Assembly (NCBI GenBank): GCA_965223415.1
Contig: OZ245002.1
Location: 1,792,001-1,856,000, forward strand
DNA from: Myxococcota bacterium
Lineage (GTDB): Bacteria; Myxococcota_A; UBA9160; UBA6930
Direction: 5' to 3'
DNA: 64,000 nucleotides
Positions 50,828 through 63,560 of the stretch are shown here, in pieces. Both the position numbers and the translations under genes were made by a program. Position 1 is the stretch's first letter. Every line of letters starts with the position of its first letter. A model generated the notes under the pieces. The model saw only the letters and a program-made list of their open reading frames with translations. It did no database searches and had not been told where the DNA came from.

Positions 50828-51616
50828 CTAGCCCCCCTTCGGCGGCTCCACGGGAAGCTTGAAGGCGTCGATCGAGCCTGCGCCATCGACACACAGCACC
50901 TGCCCGTTGACGAAGCGAGCGGCGTCGCTCACGAGGAAGAGCACGGCGTTGGCAATGTCCTGACGGGTGCCGGTCACCCCCTTCGCGGCCACCCCTTCCA
51001 CGGCGCCTTCGAAGCGCTCGAGCCCCTCGGTATCGGCGATGCCACCGGGCGCGACCGCGTTGACGCGAATGCCGAGGGGCGCCCACTCGACGGCGCAGCT
51101 TCGGGTGAGCGAGTCGACGCCGGTCTTGGCCGCAGCGACGTGGGCCTGGAGCGCGACGCCCATGCCGTCGAAGGGTGCCGTGATGTTGACGATGTTGCCG
51201 CCGTGCTCGGCGAGCCAGGCCGTGAAGGCGGCTTTCGACACGTTGTAGGTGCCGAGCAGGTCGATCGCGACGATGGCGCGGAAGCCGTTGTAGGAGATGT
51301 TCCGCATCGAAGCGGGGAAGTTGCCCGCGGCGTTGTTCACGACCACGTCGAGGCGACCGAAGCGCTCGAGGATGCCCGCGACCATCGCCTCTACCTGGTC
51401 CGGCTCCCGCACGTCACAGGTGTCGACGAAGACATCGAGTCCCTCGCCCTCGAGCTCCTTCGCCGTCGCGTCGAGCACCTCGCGCCGGCGCGCAGCGAGG
51501 GCCAGGCGGGCGCCGTGGCCGCCGAGTGTGCGCGCGATCTCCTTCCCGATCCCCGTGCCGCCGCCGGTGACGAGGGCGACTTGTCCCTCGAGGATGCCCT
51601 CGCGAAAGACACTCAT
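50828..51616 (-). CDS. SDR, 2,4-dienoyl-CoA reductase-like
   Basis: TGGGTGIG, NNAAGNF, HVAAAK, RSCAVEW. Confidence 0.87.
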   Translation of the reverse strand: MSVFREGILEGQVALVTGGGTGIGKEIARTLGGHGARLALAARRREVLDATAKELEGEGLDVFVDTCDVREPDQVEAMVAGILERFGRLDVVVNNAAGNFPASMRNISYNGFRAIVAIDLLGTYNVSKAAFTAWLAEHGGNIVNITAPFDGMGVALQAHVAAAKTGVDSLTRSCAVEWAPLGIRVNAVAPGGIADTEGLERFEGAVEGVAAKGVTGTRQDIANAVLFLVSDAARFVNGQVLCVDGAGSIDAFKLPVEPPKGG

Positions 51617-52755
51617 TTGATCGCTCCTGCCTCGCGCAGCTTGCCGATCTCGTCGGCGGCGAAGCCGCGCTCGGCGAGCACGGCCTCGGTATCGGCACCC
51701 GGGTGGGCGGGTGAGCCTCCCGGCTCGCCCGGCGTGCGGGAGAAACGCGGTGCCGGGACCAGCTCCGGCATGGGACCGCCCTTGCGAAAGGACGCGCGGG
51801 CCGTGTGGTGCGGGTAGCCCTGCGCCTCGCCCAGGCCGAGCACCGGCGCGAAGCACGCGTCCGTTCCTTCGAGAAGGGCGCACCACTCGTCACGGGTCCG
51901 CGTGCGGAAGATCTCGGCGAAGCGCTCCCGCAGCTCGGGCCAGGCGGAGAGGTCGTACTGGTCCGGCAGATCAGCAGGATCGAGCCCCATCTTCTCGACC
52001 AGGAGCGCGTAGAAGTGGCGCTCGACCGGCGCCACGCTCACGTACTTTCCGTCCTTCGTCTCGTAGACGTTGTAGAAGGGAGCGCCCCCGTCGAAGAGGT
52101 TCGATCCCATCTCCTCGCCGTGCATGCCCATCTGCGCCATCGAATAGAAGGGCGTGAGGAGCGACATGGTGCCGTCCACCATCGCGGCGTCGACGACCTG
52201 CCCCTTGCCGGAGCGCCGCGCCTCGACCAACGCACACACCACGCCGAAGGCGAGCAGCAGCCCGCCGCCGGCGAAATCGCCGATGATGTTCAGCAGCGGC
52301 ACCGGCGGGCCGCCCCGGGGCCCGATCGCGCGGATGACGCCGGTAATCGCCTCGTAGTTCAGCGAGTGGCCGGCGCTCTGGGCCAGGGGCCCCTCCTGGC
52401 CCCAGCCGGTGAGGCGCCCGTACACGATGCGCGGATTTCGCCCCATCACGTCGTCGGGGCCGACGCCGAGACGTTCGGTGACGCCAGGGCGGAAGGACTC
52501 GAGGAAGACGTCGGCGCCCTCGGCGAGGCGCAGCACCGTGGCCACGCCCTCCGGGTGCTTGAGGTCGACGCCGACGGAGCGCCGACCGCGGTCCCAGAAG
52601 TTGGAGCCCCCGGGCGAAGGCTCGTCGGGGACCTCGGAAGCGCGGTCGAGGCGCACCACGTCCGCACCCATGTCGGCGAGCTTGAGCGACCCGAAGGGCA
52701 GCGCCCCGAGGCCCGCGAGCTCGATCACCTTCACACCGTCGAGAGGTCCAGCCAT
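51613..52755 (-). CDS. CaiB/BaiF family, alpha-methylacyl-CoA racemase-like
   Basis: GPLDGVKVIELAG, RLTGWGQ, GDFAGG, DAAMVDG, NLFDGGAPFY, APRFSRT. Confidence 0.85.
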   Translation of the reverse strand: MAGPLDGVKVIELAGLGALPFGSLKLADMGADVVRLDRASEVPDEPSPGGSNFWDRGRRSVGVDLKHPEGVATVLRLAEGADVFLESFRPGVTERLGVGPDDVMGRNPRIVYGRLTGWGQEGPLAQSAGHSLNYEAITGVIRAIGPRGGPPVPLLNIIGDFAGGGLLLAFGVVCALVEARRSGKGQVVDAAMVDGTMSLLTPFYSMAQMGMHGEEMGSNLFDGGAPFYNVYETKDGKYVSVAPVERHFYALLVEKMGLDPADLPDQYDLSAWPELRERFAEIFRTRTRDEWCALLEGTDACFAPVLGLGEAQGYPHHTARASFRKGGPMPELVPAPRFSRTPGEPGGSPAHPGADTEAVLAERGFAADEIGKLREAGAIK

Positions 52756-52829
52756 GCCAGCGACGCTACGGCGGCGCGGGCGGGCTTGCCAGGTCGCGAA
52801 CTGGCGCGGCACCTGCGACGCTTCGGGCC

Positions 52830-53261
52830 ATGAAGCGGAATACCCGCCTGCTCGCGTACGGCGTCGGCGCGCTACTCGCCATCCAGCTCGTCCCCATCGA
52901 TCGCTCGAACCCGCCCGCTCAGGGCGAGGTCGAGGCGCCCCAGGCCGTCCAGGCCATCCTCGAGCGCTCCTGCTACGACTGCCACTCCTACGAGACGCGC
53001 TGGCCCTGGTACGGATACGTCGCACCGATCTCCTGGTTGCTGGCCTTCGACGTCCACGAAGGCCGCGAGCACCTGAACTTCTCGACCTGGGGCCTGCTGG
53101 ACGACGAGGACCGCGAGCACGCACTCGAGGAGACCTGGGAGATGGTCGAGGAGGGCGAGATGCCGCTCTGGTTCTACCTCCCCCCCCACCCGGAAGCGCG
53201 CCTCTCGGGGGCGGACGTGGAAGCCCTGCGCGTCTGGACCGGTGGCGAAGCGCCCGAGTAG
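52830..53261 (+). CDS. Exported haem-binding (c-type) protein
   Basis: N-terminal anchor, CYDCH, WPWY, LNFS, EMP. Confidence 0.85.
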   Translation: MKRNTRLLAYGVGALLAIQLVPIDRSNPPAQGEVEAPQAVQAILERSCYDCHSYETRWPWYGYVAPISWLLAFDVHEGREHLNFSTWGLLDDEDREHALEETWEMVEEGEMPLWFYLPPHPEARLSGADVEALRVWTGGEAPE

Positions 53262-53979
53262 CTTGGAGCCGGTCGAGGAGAAGCTGGCGCGGGTGCTCGG
53301 CGGACCCGTCGGTGCCACCCGCGGCGTCCTGCACGTCGCGGCCGTCGACGCCGGGGACGACGTGCTCCGCATCCGGCCCGACACCCCGAAGAGCGAGCTC
53401 GATCTCTTCCTGCTCGAGACCGCTCGCACCCGGGCCGACGCCATCGTCACGACGGGGCGGATCCTGCGAGAAGAGCCGGGCGTCACCCACGAGAGCCGGG
53501 GCCGCGCCAGCGATCCGTACCTCGTCGTCCTCACCTCGGGACGCGATCTCGACCCGGCCCACCCCGCACTGGCGGCCCGGGTGCGCCCGGTGATCTTCAC
53601 CGCGGCCGACCGGGCCGACGCCCTGCTGCGGGCATTGCCCGACCGCGTCCGCGTCGTCGCCGACGACAATCCCGACATCCGCCGCGCCGTCGCCTTCGCA
53701 CGGGACGAGCTCGCCGCGGGCTGCGTGTCGATCGAGGCGGGGCCGAGCTCCGCGCTCCCGCTCTACGGGGAGCCTCCCGCCGTCGACGAGCTCTGGCTGT
53801 CCAGGGTCCTCGCGCCCGTGGCTCCGCATCTACGGGGCGGGGCGTTCCTGACCGCTTCGAAGCTCGATGCGCTCTTGCCGCTGGCGTCCCGCGCTGAGCA
53901 CGACCAGGAGTCGGGGCGGTGGCGGTTCGAGCGGCGAGTTCGGCAACGAGGGGGGTCGTCGATCGAAGAGCTGCGGTGA
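53242..53979 (+). CDS. RibD C-terminal / DHFR-like protein (start uncertain)
   Basis: RTRADAIVT..ILREEP, VVLTSG, IEAGP, VDELWLS. Confidence 0.6.
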   Translation: MAKRPSSLEPVEEKLARVLGGPVGATRGVLHVAAVDAGDDVLRIRPDTPKSELDLFLLETARTRADAIVTTGRILREEPGVTHESRGRASDPYLVVLTSGRDLDPAHPALAARVRPVIFTAADRADALLRALPDRVRVVADDNPDIRRAVAFARDELAAGCVSIEAGPSSALPLYGEPPAVDELWLSRVLAPVAPHLRGGAFLTASKLDALLPLASRAEHDQESGRWRFERRVRQRGGSSIEELR

Positions 53980-54111
53980 CGCGTGGCGCGGGTTCGGTTG
54001 GAACTGGGGGCGACTGGGTGAGGCGGGCTGCCTTCTTGCTTGTGGGCGCGGAGTCGGCGCGCCGGGCCGGGTGCCGGGTTTGGCCCGCCGTGCTTCGAGA
54101 AAAGGGCGGGC

Positions 54112-54951
<840 letters not shown>

Positions 54952-54971
54952 GGGGCAGAGAGGTAGCAGTC

Positions 54972-56222
54972 GTGGGGAGTACTGGGCATCTTCTGGGTGT
55001 GCCGCAGCGCCTGCTGACGTTCTCCGCTGAGCAGATCGGGACCTTCGTCTCGGAAGCCTGGGCGGCCTATCGGGGTGCCTCCCGCTACCGGGAGGTGCCG
55101 CCGCTCGAGCCCTCTCTCGGGCTGATCGGCGAGGCGCTCCTGGATCGCGCCTTCACCCTGGCGACCAGCCTCGCCGTGGGCGTGCCGCTGCCCGAGCACG
55201 TGCGCATCATGGCCGAGGAAGCCAGCGCGATGCGGGACTTCTTCGACGAGATGGGCTGGATCGACGAGCCCACCCGCTATCACCGCGAGCCGCCTCCGGT
55301 GGACGAGTTCGAGCTCGAGCCCGCGGCGGCCTGGGGCGGGATCCGGCGCTGGCGATATCAGGAGCTCTCCTTCGAGAGCGAGTTCGAGCCCCACGTGGGC
55401 GAGCCGGGCCGCGAGGCCTGGATGGCCCACGAGAAGAACGGGCGGGTCGCCGCCTACGTGCTGGAGCACGAGGGCCCGCCGCGGCCCTGGATCGTCGGCA
55501 TCCACGGCTTCGCCATGGGCACGCCCCTGATCAGCTTCTTCGGCTTCCCGCTCCGGATGCTCCACGAGAAGCTCGGGCTGAACGTGGCGCTGCCGGTGAT
55601 GCCGCTCCACGCGTCACGAAGCGGCGCGGGCTTCAGCGGGCGCGAGGTGCTCGACGCCAACTACGTGCAGATGATCCATCTGTTCAGCCAGGGCGTCTGG
55701 GACACGCGCCGCGTGCTCTCCTGGATCCGCTCGCGGGGCGGGGAGCGGATCGGCCTCTACGGCATCTCGATGGGCGGCTACATCTCGAGCGTCGTGTCGG
55801 CCCTCGATGACGATCTCGACGCGGTCGTGGCGTCGATCCCCATGGTCGACTTTCCGACCTCGGCCCAGGACAACATGCCCTGGATCATGCAGCGCTACGA
55901 CGACGAGATCGAGCTGGACTGGGAGGTGATCCGCGCGATCAGCCACGTCGTCTCGCCCCTCGCCTTCCAGCCACAGGTCCCGAAGAACCGGCGCTTCATC
56001 TTCGCCGGCATCGCCGACCGCGTGGTGCGCCCGGACCAGCCCCGCGCCCTGTGGCGCCACTGGGGCGAGCCGGAGATCGAGTGGTTCTCCGGCGGCCACG
56101 TGCTGGGGATCTTCGAGAGGTCCCTCGAGCCCTTCCTGGAGAAGGCGCTCCGCCAGAGCGGCCTCGTCCACAAGCAGCGCCGCTCCCGCAAGACCACCCG
56201 CCGCCGCCGCACCCGACGTTAA
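54972..56222 (+). CDS. Alpha/beta hydrolase (start uncertain)
   Basis: IHGFAMG, GISMGG nucleophile elbow, ADR, GGH. Confidence 0.85.
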   Translation: MGSTGHLLGVPQRLLTFSAEQIGTFVSEAWAAYRGASRYREVPPLEPSLGLIGEALLDRAFTLATSLAVGVPLPEHVRIMAEEASAMRDFFDEMGWIDEPTRYHREPPPVDEFELEPAAAWGGIRRWRYQELSFESEFEPHVGEPGREAWMAHEKNGRVAAYVLEHEGPPRPWIVGIHGFAMGTPLISFFGFPLRMLHEKLGLNVALPVMPLHASRSGAGFSGREVLDANYVQMIHLFSQGVWDTRRVLSWIRSRGGERIGLYGISMGGYISSVVSALDDDLDAVVASIPMVDFPTSAQDNMPWIMQRYDDEIELDWEVIRAISHVVSPLAFQPQVPKNRRFIFAGIADRVVRPDQPRALWRHWGEPEIEWFSGGHVLGIFERSLEPFLEKALRQSGLVHKQRRSRKTTRRRRTRR

Positions 56223-56291
56223 GTTGGGGGCCGGGTCCGGCAACTGAACATGCCGTCTCGGCATGTTCAGTTGCCGGACCCGGCCCCCAAC

Positions 56292-56297
<6 letters not shown>
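56217..56297. repeat. Perfect palindrome (39-bp arms, 3-nt loop) bounded by TTAA; MITE/REP-like or bidirectional terminator
   Basis: CGTTAAGTTGGGGGCCGGGTCCGGCAACTGAACATGCCG-tct-reverse complement. Confidence 0.88.
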
Positions 56298-58102
<1,805 letters not shown>

Positions 58103-58106
<4 letters not shown>

Positions 58107-59524
58107 GCCCCGACGAGTGCGATCGAGCGGCCGCGACGGCCCGCCTCGCGCACCAGCTCCTCGAAGGAGGCCGCGATCGCCCCGGTGAAGATGTCGAGGT
58201 CGGGCACCAGGTCGAAATCCGCGTTCAGGCCGAAGCAGAGCCTTCCCTCGTAGCTCAGCACGGCGATGCCGAGCCCGCCGTTCGTGCGCAGCGGCACGCT
58301 GCCGTACGCCTCGACCAGCCGCGCGCCCTTCAGGTAGAGGGGCACCTGGGGACCGGGGATGTTCGTCACCGTGAGGTGCACCGCCGCTCCGCGCAGCGAG
58401 CGCGCCGCCTGGGCCAGCATTCGCGACGAGGTCCAGCCCGCCACGCTGAAGAGGGTCTTCGCGCCGAGAGCCGGGTTCTCCGCGTTCAACATCTCGGTGC
58501 GCTCGCGCACGAGCTGGAAGCGGCGCACCGGGTCCCGCTCCCAGACCGGGAGCTCGAGGATCCACTCGCCGACGCCCTCGTTGCGCTCGCCGCTGCGTAG
58601 GCTCATGGGCAAGGCGGCGCGGAAATCGAGGATGGCCGGATTCACGTGGTGGGCCCGCAGGTAGCGGGCCACGGCGCCCGCGATGACGGTGAGCACCACG
58701 TCGTGCACCGTGCCGCCGAGCTCGCTGCGCACGCTCTTCGCCTGGTCGAAGGGAAGGCTGAGGTTGTCGAAGCGCCGGTGCGGACCGACCTCTCCGTTCA
58801 GAGGGGTCTCCGGGAGACGCTTCAGCGTGTAGCCCACCATCCTGGCCAGGGCGTCGGCGCGGTGGCGGAGATCGTCGCCGAGGTCCTCCGTCTCCTGCAC
58901 CCAGGAGGTGAGCCGTCGCATCGCTCGCCGCGGCAGCCTCGCCTGGCGCAGCACTTCGTCGCGCACCAGCTCCGCCGCCGTCGGCATGGGGCGCGGGTGG
59001 TAGGGCGGCGGCGCCTCGTAGATCTCCTCGGCGTCCGGCGAGAGCAGCACCTGCAGGAGGTCCGTCCCCGCGCCGTCGACCATCGCGCTGTGGGTCTTCA
59101 GCAGGAGGGCGAAGCGTCCACCCTCCATGCCCTCCAGCACCCAGGCCTCCCAGAGCGGCCGCGAGCGGTCGAGCCGCTGGGCCTGCACCCGGGCCGTGAG
59201 CCTGTGGAGCTGCTCGTCGCCGCCGGGTCGGGCCAGGCTGGTGTGGCGCAGGTGGTAGTCGAGATTGAACTCCCGGTCGTCCACCCACACCGGATGGTTC
59301 TCCAGCGGGATCCAGCGCAGCTTGCGCCGGTACTGGGGCACGCGGTGGAGGCGGGACTCGACGGCCGAACGGATCGCGGCGAAGTCCACGCCGCCGCCCT
59401 CGGTGGCCAGGGGACCGGGCTCGAAGATCAGCATGGCGCCGGAGTGCTGGAAGCGGCGCGAGCTCTCTCGCTCCAGCAGGCTCGCGCTCTCGTGGCTCAG
59501 ACGGTCGTAGGCGTAACGCGGCAC
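58103..59524 (-). CDS. Wax ester synthase/diacylglycerol acyltransferase (WS/DGAT) family, degenerate motif
   Basis: PVWVDD, LDRSRPLWE, KTHSAMVDG, TVHDVVL, VTNIPGP. Confidence 0.9.
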
Positions 59525-60120
59525 TAGGCTCTCCTCGAGACCAGGCCCGTGAGGGCCAGGTCGATCATCGGCTCCACCATGTCCGGGTGCACCTCCATCC
59601 CGCGGAAGAAGAGGCGCACGGCGATCGGCCCGACGACGAGATCCGCCGCCAGGTCGGGATCGACGCCCGGCGCGAGCTCGCCGCGCTCACGGGCGCGCTC
59701 GAAGGCCCGGGCCAAGGGGAGCCGTCGGCCCTTGAGCATCGGGTCGAGCAGCTCCGAGAGATCCGGGTTGTGGGCCCGCTCGGCGGCCAGGCTCGGGTAG
59801 ACCGTGGCCAGCGGCGTCGCCAGGAAGTTCTCCAGGTAGCGCCGGAGCATGGCCTTGAGATCGCCCTCCAGGCTGCCCGTGTCCACGTCCTCGAAGGCCG
59901 GCAGCTGGCCGAAGGCCTCGACCACCAGCGGCAGCTTGGAAGGCCAGCGGCGGTAGATCGTGGCCTTTCCGACACCGGCCCGGTGGGCGACCCCCTCCAC
60001 CGTGAGGGCGGAGAAGCCCACCTCGGAGAGAAGGTCGAGGGTGGCCGTGAGGATGGCCTGGTGGGCCTCCTCGCTCCGGGGTCGCCCGGCGCTCGCACCC
60101 CCGTCGCCTCGGGACCGCAC
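59524..60120 (-). CDS. TetR/AcrR family regulator (alternative start 60162)
   Basis: GRPRSEEAHQAIL...TVEGVAHRAGVGKATIYRRWPSK; AGGAGG RBS before GTG at 60120. Confidence 0.92.
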   Translation of the reverse strand: MRSRGDGGASAGRPRSEEAHQAILTATLDLLSEVGFSALTVEGVAHRAGVGKATIYRRWPSKLPLVVEAFGQLPAFEDVDTGSLEGDLKAMLRRYLENFLATPLATVYPSLAAERAHNPDLSELLDPMLKGRRLPLARAFERARERGELAPGVDPDLAADLVVGPIAVRLFFRGMEVHPDMVEPMIDLALTGLVSRRA

Positions 60121-60170
60121 GCTCGCCTCCTTCCGCGGGAAGCCGTCGTCGGCCCCCGGCACACCTAATT

Positions 60171-60189
60171 ACGATACAGTACGTCTCGA
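60171..60189. promoter_or_regulatory. Putative TetR operator site 3 (autoregulatory)
   Basis: ACGATACAGTACGTCTCGA in the tetR/P450 divergent gap. Confidence 0.75.
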
Positions 60190-60210
60190 TTCTGATCGAG
60201 AGGAGGCCCG

Positions 60211-60389
60211 ATGGTCGACTACCACCCGTTCTCCCAGCAGGTCATCGATGACCCCCAGGCGATCTACCAGAAGCTCCGGGAGGAGGACCCCTGCTTCTAC
60301 CTCGAGGAGTGGGACTGCTTCTTCCTCTCCCGCTTCGAGGACATCTGGGAAGCCTCGATGGACGGCGAGAACTACTCCACCGAGGAGGG
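60211..60389 (+). pseudogene. Cytochrome P450 5' fragment truncated by IS21
   Basis: AGGAGG RBS; YHPFS...DDPQAIYQKLREEDP...LSRFEDI typical P450 N-terminus, cut at IS end. Confidence 0.8.
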
Positions 60390-60472
60390 TGTCGCAGGAC
60401 GTGATATTCGAGGGCTAAGAGGACACGTAGATTTGCGCACCTCCTGTTGAGCCGCTGCGCGGCACGTTCCCC

Positions 60473-61759
60473 GTGAGGGAGGGGGGCGTGGGGCAGCGGC
60501 GACTGAGGCAGGAGGAAGTGATGACGATCGAAGTGCTGCACGAGCGGGGGTGCTCGAACCGGGAGATCGCCCGCCAGCTGGGGATCCGGGAGAGCGCGGT
60601 GCGCTACCGGCTGAAGCGGCTGGCGGAGGGGGCGCGAGACGGCCGGAGCGGGAAGCCCTTCCTGGCCGAGGCGGTCCACGAGGTGATCGCGGAGTGGCTG
60701 GAGGCGAGCTCGGGAGGCCGTGGCGTGAACCTGCAGGAGCTTCACGAGTTCCTGGTGGAGGAGCACGGGTACACGGGGAGCTCCAAGAGCGTGCAGCGGT
60801 ACGTGCGGGCCCGGTTCCCGAGACCGAAGGTGCGGAGCCGGCGTCGGGTGGAGACACCGCCCGGGGCGCAGGGTCAGGTGGACTGGGGCGAGTTTCCGGG
60901 CGTGCGGATCGGGGGCCAGGAGGTGGACCTGCATGCCTTCCACCTGGTGCTCTCGCACTCGCGGCGAGAAGCGGTGGTGTGGTCGGAGCGGGCGGACACG
61001 CTGGCGTGGCTGGACGTGCACAACCGGGCCTTCGAGCGGCTGGGCGGGGTGCCGGCGGTGCTGCGGGTCGACAACGTGAAGACAGCGGTGGCGAAGGGGG
61101 CGGGGCCATGGGGGACGGTGAACCCGGCTTACGCGAGCTATGCCGGGGCCCTTCGCTTCCACGTGGACGCCACCCGTCCCCGCCAGCCGCAGGAGAAGGG
61201 GAAGGTGGAGCGTCGGATCCTGGGGCACCGGCGGGGCTTCGATCCGCGTCGGCGGGAGCACGAGAGCCTGGAGTCGCTGCAAGCGTGGACGGACGGCCAG
61301 GTGGCGCGCTCGAGCCACCGGCGGCAGTGCCCGGCGACGGGCACGACGGTCTTCCAGGCGTGGGAGGCGGAGAAGCCCCATCTCGGGGCCCTGCCCGAGC
61401 GGCTTCCCGAGCCCTTCGACCTGGCCGTGATGCGACGTGTCGGGCGCGACGCCACGGTGCGCTTCGAGGGGCGTACCTACAGCGTCCCCTTCCGCTTCGT
61501 CGAGCAGAGCGTCGAGGTGCGCGGCTGCGCCCGGCAGGTGCAGGTCTGGGCCGAGGGCTCGGTGGTGGCCGCGCACCCGCGCCACACGCGAAGCCGCCTG
61601 CTGCTGGACCCGAGCCACTACGAGGGGCCGAGCACGGAGGGGGTGGAGGCGCCCGTACCGCTCGGGCGCATGGGTCGACGCCTCCAGGAGCTGTGGGCGA
61701 TGGAGCCGGAGCAGCGGCCGATCGACCTCTATGCCGATCTGGCGGAGGTGGCGCGATGA
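60473..61759 (+). CDS. istA: IS21 transposase (start may be 60488)
   Basis: HTH, ETPPGAQGQVDWG, RVDNVK, EKGKVER, YSVP. Confidence 0.93.
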   Translation: MREGGVGQRRLRQEEVMTIEVLHERGCSNREIARQLGIRESAVRYRLKRLAEGARDGRSGKPFLAEAVHEVIAEWLEASSGGRGVNLQELHEFLVEEHGYTGSSKSVQRYVRARFPRPKVRSRRRVETPPGAQGQVDWGEFPGVRIGGQEVDLHAFHLVLSHSRREAVVWSERADTLAWLDVHNRAFERLGGVPAVLRVDNVKTAVAKGAGPWGTVNPAYASYAGALRFHVDATRPRQPQEKGKVERRILGHRRGFDPRRREHESLESLQAWTDGQVARSSHRRQCPATGTTVFQAWEAEKPHLGALPERLPEPFDLAVMRRVGRDATVRFEGRTYSVPFRFVEQSVEVRGCARQVQVWAEGSVVAAHPRHTRSRLLLDPSHYEGPSTEGVEAPVPLGRMGRRLQELWAMEPEQRPIDLYADLAEVAR

Positions 61760-62556
61760 CGGCGGGAAACCCGGTGCCCAAGAAGGGCGGCAAGGTGGAT
61801 CTCGACCCGACCCGCGAGCGGCTCGTGCGCCTCGGCCTCCATCACGCGGCCGAGCACATCGGCGAGGAGCTGGCCCGAGCGACCAAGGACGACCTCGTGC
61901 CCCACCGCTTCCTCGACCTGCTGCTCGAGGCCGAGCTGCAGCACCGCGAGGAGCGGAGGATGAAGACCTCGCTCCGTCTCTCGGGCCTTCCCACGGGGCA
62001 GACCCTCGGCAACTTCGACTTCGCCTTCCAGCCGAGTGTGGAGCGGAGCCGGATCGAGACGCTGGGCACCTGCGCGTGGATCCGGGCCAAGGAGAGTCTG
62101 CTGATCCAGGGTCCGCCGGGAGTGGGCAAGACCCACCTGGCGGTGGCCCTGGGGGTGCGGGCCGTGGAGAACGGCTTCTCCGTGGCCTTCCATCGCCTCG
62201 AGGACCTGCTGGCGGCCCTCAAGCGCGACGCCGAGATCAGCCCGCAACGGCTGCGGCGGCGCAAGCACATGAACGTGGCGCTCCTCGTCATCGACGAGGT
62301 CGGCTTCGAGCCCATGACGCGCCAGGAGGCGAGCCTCTTCTTCCGGCTCGTCTCCTACCGCTATGGGAGGGGCTCGATCCTGATCACCACGAACAAGGGC
62401 ATCGCCGACTGGCCCGAGGTGCTGGCGGGCGACGAGGTGCTGGCCACCGCCATCCTCGATCGCCTCCTCCACCACAGCCAGGTGCTCAACATCTCGGGGC
62501 GGAGCTACCGGCTCCGCGAGCTCGAGCAGGCCGCGGGGCAAAGCGCCCAGCGTTGA
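61756..62556 (+). CDS. istB: IS21 helper ATPase
   Basis: FDFAFQP, GPPGVGKT, VIDEVG, AILDRLLHH, GRSYR. Confidence 0.95.
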   Translation: MTAGNPVPKKGGKVDLDPTRERLVRLGLHHAAEHIGEELARATKDDLVPHRFLDLLLEAELQHREERRMKTSLRLSGLPTGQTLGNFDFAFQPSVERSRIETLGTCAWIRAKESLLIQGPPGVGKTHLAVALGVRAVENGFSVAFHRLEDLLAALKRDAEISPQRLRRRKHMNVALLVIDEVGFEPMTRQEASLFFRLVSYRYGRGSILITTNKGIADWPEVLAGDEVLATAILDRLLHHSQVLNISGRSYRLRELEQAAGQSAQR

Positions 62557-62724
62557 GGCCCCAGAGGGCGGCCTGACGGCCGTGCTCTCCTTCGGAGAGC
62601 GGAAGAGAAGAAGGAAGAACCGAACATCAACCCAGGGGGGTGCGCAAAACTAGCCGTCCTCTTAGCGCGCAAGAGATGACGTCCCTCGACAATCTCATCG
62701 ATCGCCGCACCGAGGAGACCTCTC

Positions 62725-63486
62725 GTGAATCTGACTGAACTCGATCCCGCACTGCGCAAGCTCCGGCTCTCGGGCATGGCCGAGCATCTGGAGATGCGGC
62801 TCCTCGAAGCCCAGAAGGGCGAGTGGGCGGCCATCGACCTGCTCTCGGCGCTCGTCCAGGACGAGCTCGAGCGCCGGCAGGACCGACTGCTGGCCCGGCG
62901 CATCAAGCAGGCCCGCTTCCGCGACGCCAACCGGACCCTCAACGGCTTCGACTTCCGCTTCAATACGAAGATCGATCGCGCCCTGGTCTTCGAGCTCGCC
63001 ACGGGCCGCTTCCTCGAGCAAGCCGAGGACGCTGTCTTCCTCGGCCCGCCGGGCACGGGCAAGAGCCATCTCGCCCAGGCGATCGGCCTCGCCGTCATCC
63101 ACCAGGGCCATCGCGTCGCCTACCGCGAGGTCCACGTCCTCCTCGAGGAACTCGCTGATGCGACCCTCGACGGCACCCGCAAGGAGTACCTGGCCGAGAT
63201 GGCGAGCGTGCCGCTGCTCATCCTTGACGACCTCGGCATGCGCAAGCTCCCCACCACGGCCGCCGAGGACCTGCTCGAGCTCATCATGCGCCGCTACGAG
63301 CGCACCAGCACCCTCGTCACCTCGAACCGACCCGTCGACGACTGGGGCCGGCTCCTCGGCGACACGGCAGCCGTCACCGCCATGCTCGACCGCCTCCTCC
63401 ACCACGGCCACCTGCTCAAGTGCGGACCCCGCAGCTGGCGCACCAAGAAGACCACGGCCTTGCCGAAGGAGGCTCCGGCGCGGTAG
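62725..63486 (+). CDS. istB: IS21 helper ATPase of a different IS21 lineage
   Basis: LRKLRLSGM, GPPGTGKS, ILDDLG, TSNRP, MLDRLLHH. Confidence 0.93.
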   Translation: MNLTELDPALRKLRLSGMAEHLEMRLLEAQKGEWAAIDLLSALVQDELERRQDRLLARRIKQARFRDANRTLNGFDFRFNTKIDRALVFELATGRFLEQAEDAVFLGPPGTGKSHLAQAIGLAVIHQGHRVAYREVHVLLEELADATLDGTRKEYLAEMASVPLLILDDLGMRKLPTTAAEDLLELIMRRYERTSTLVTSNRPVDDWGRLLGDTAAVTAMLDRLLHHGHLLKCGPRSWRTKKTTALPKEAPAR

Positions 63487-63510
63487 AACCCCTCTGTCCT
63501 GGGCGCGGCC

Positions 63511-63560
63511 CTTTGGCCGCCTTTGAGACGTCCACCTTTGGCCGGTTTTCAGACGTCCAC
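63511..63560 (+). repeat. Two tandem 25-bp repeats (IS21 right-end transposase sites)
   Basis: CTTTGGCCGCCTTTGAGACGTCCAC / CTTTGGCCGGTTTTCAGACGTCCAC. Confidence 0.8.

Larger units (their letters stand above)
60390..62691 (+). mobile_element. IS21-family element, complete, no target duplication
   Basis: About 50-bp imperfect IRs starting TGTCG..GGACGT..GCTAAGAGGAC..TTTGCGCA; istA-istB inside. Confidence 0.9.

Noticed and set aside
58107..59288. Apparent 998-aa esterase fusion
   Set aside because: Upstream part is an alternative frame of WS/DGAT; lipoprotein signal starts at 58106
63511..63560. Possible CRISPR repeats
   Set aside because: Two abutting units with no spacer and no cas genes; fits an IS21 end
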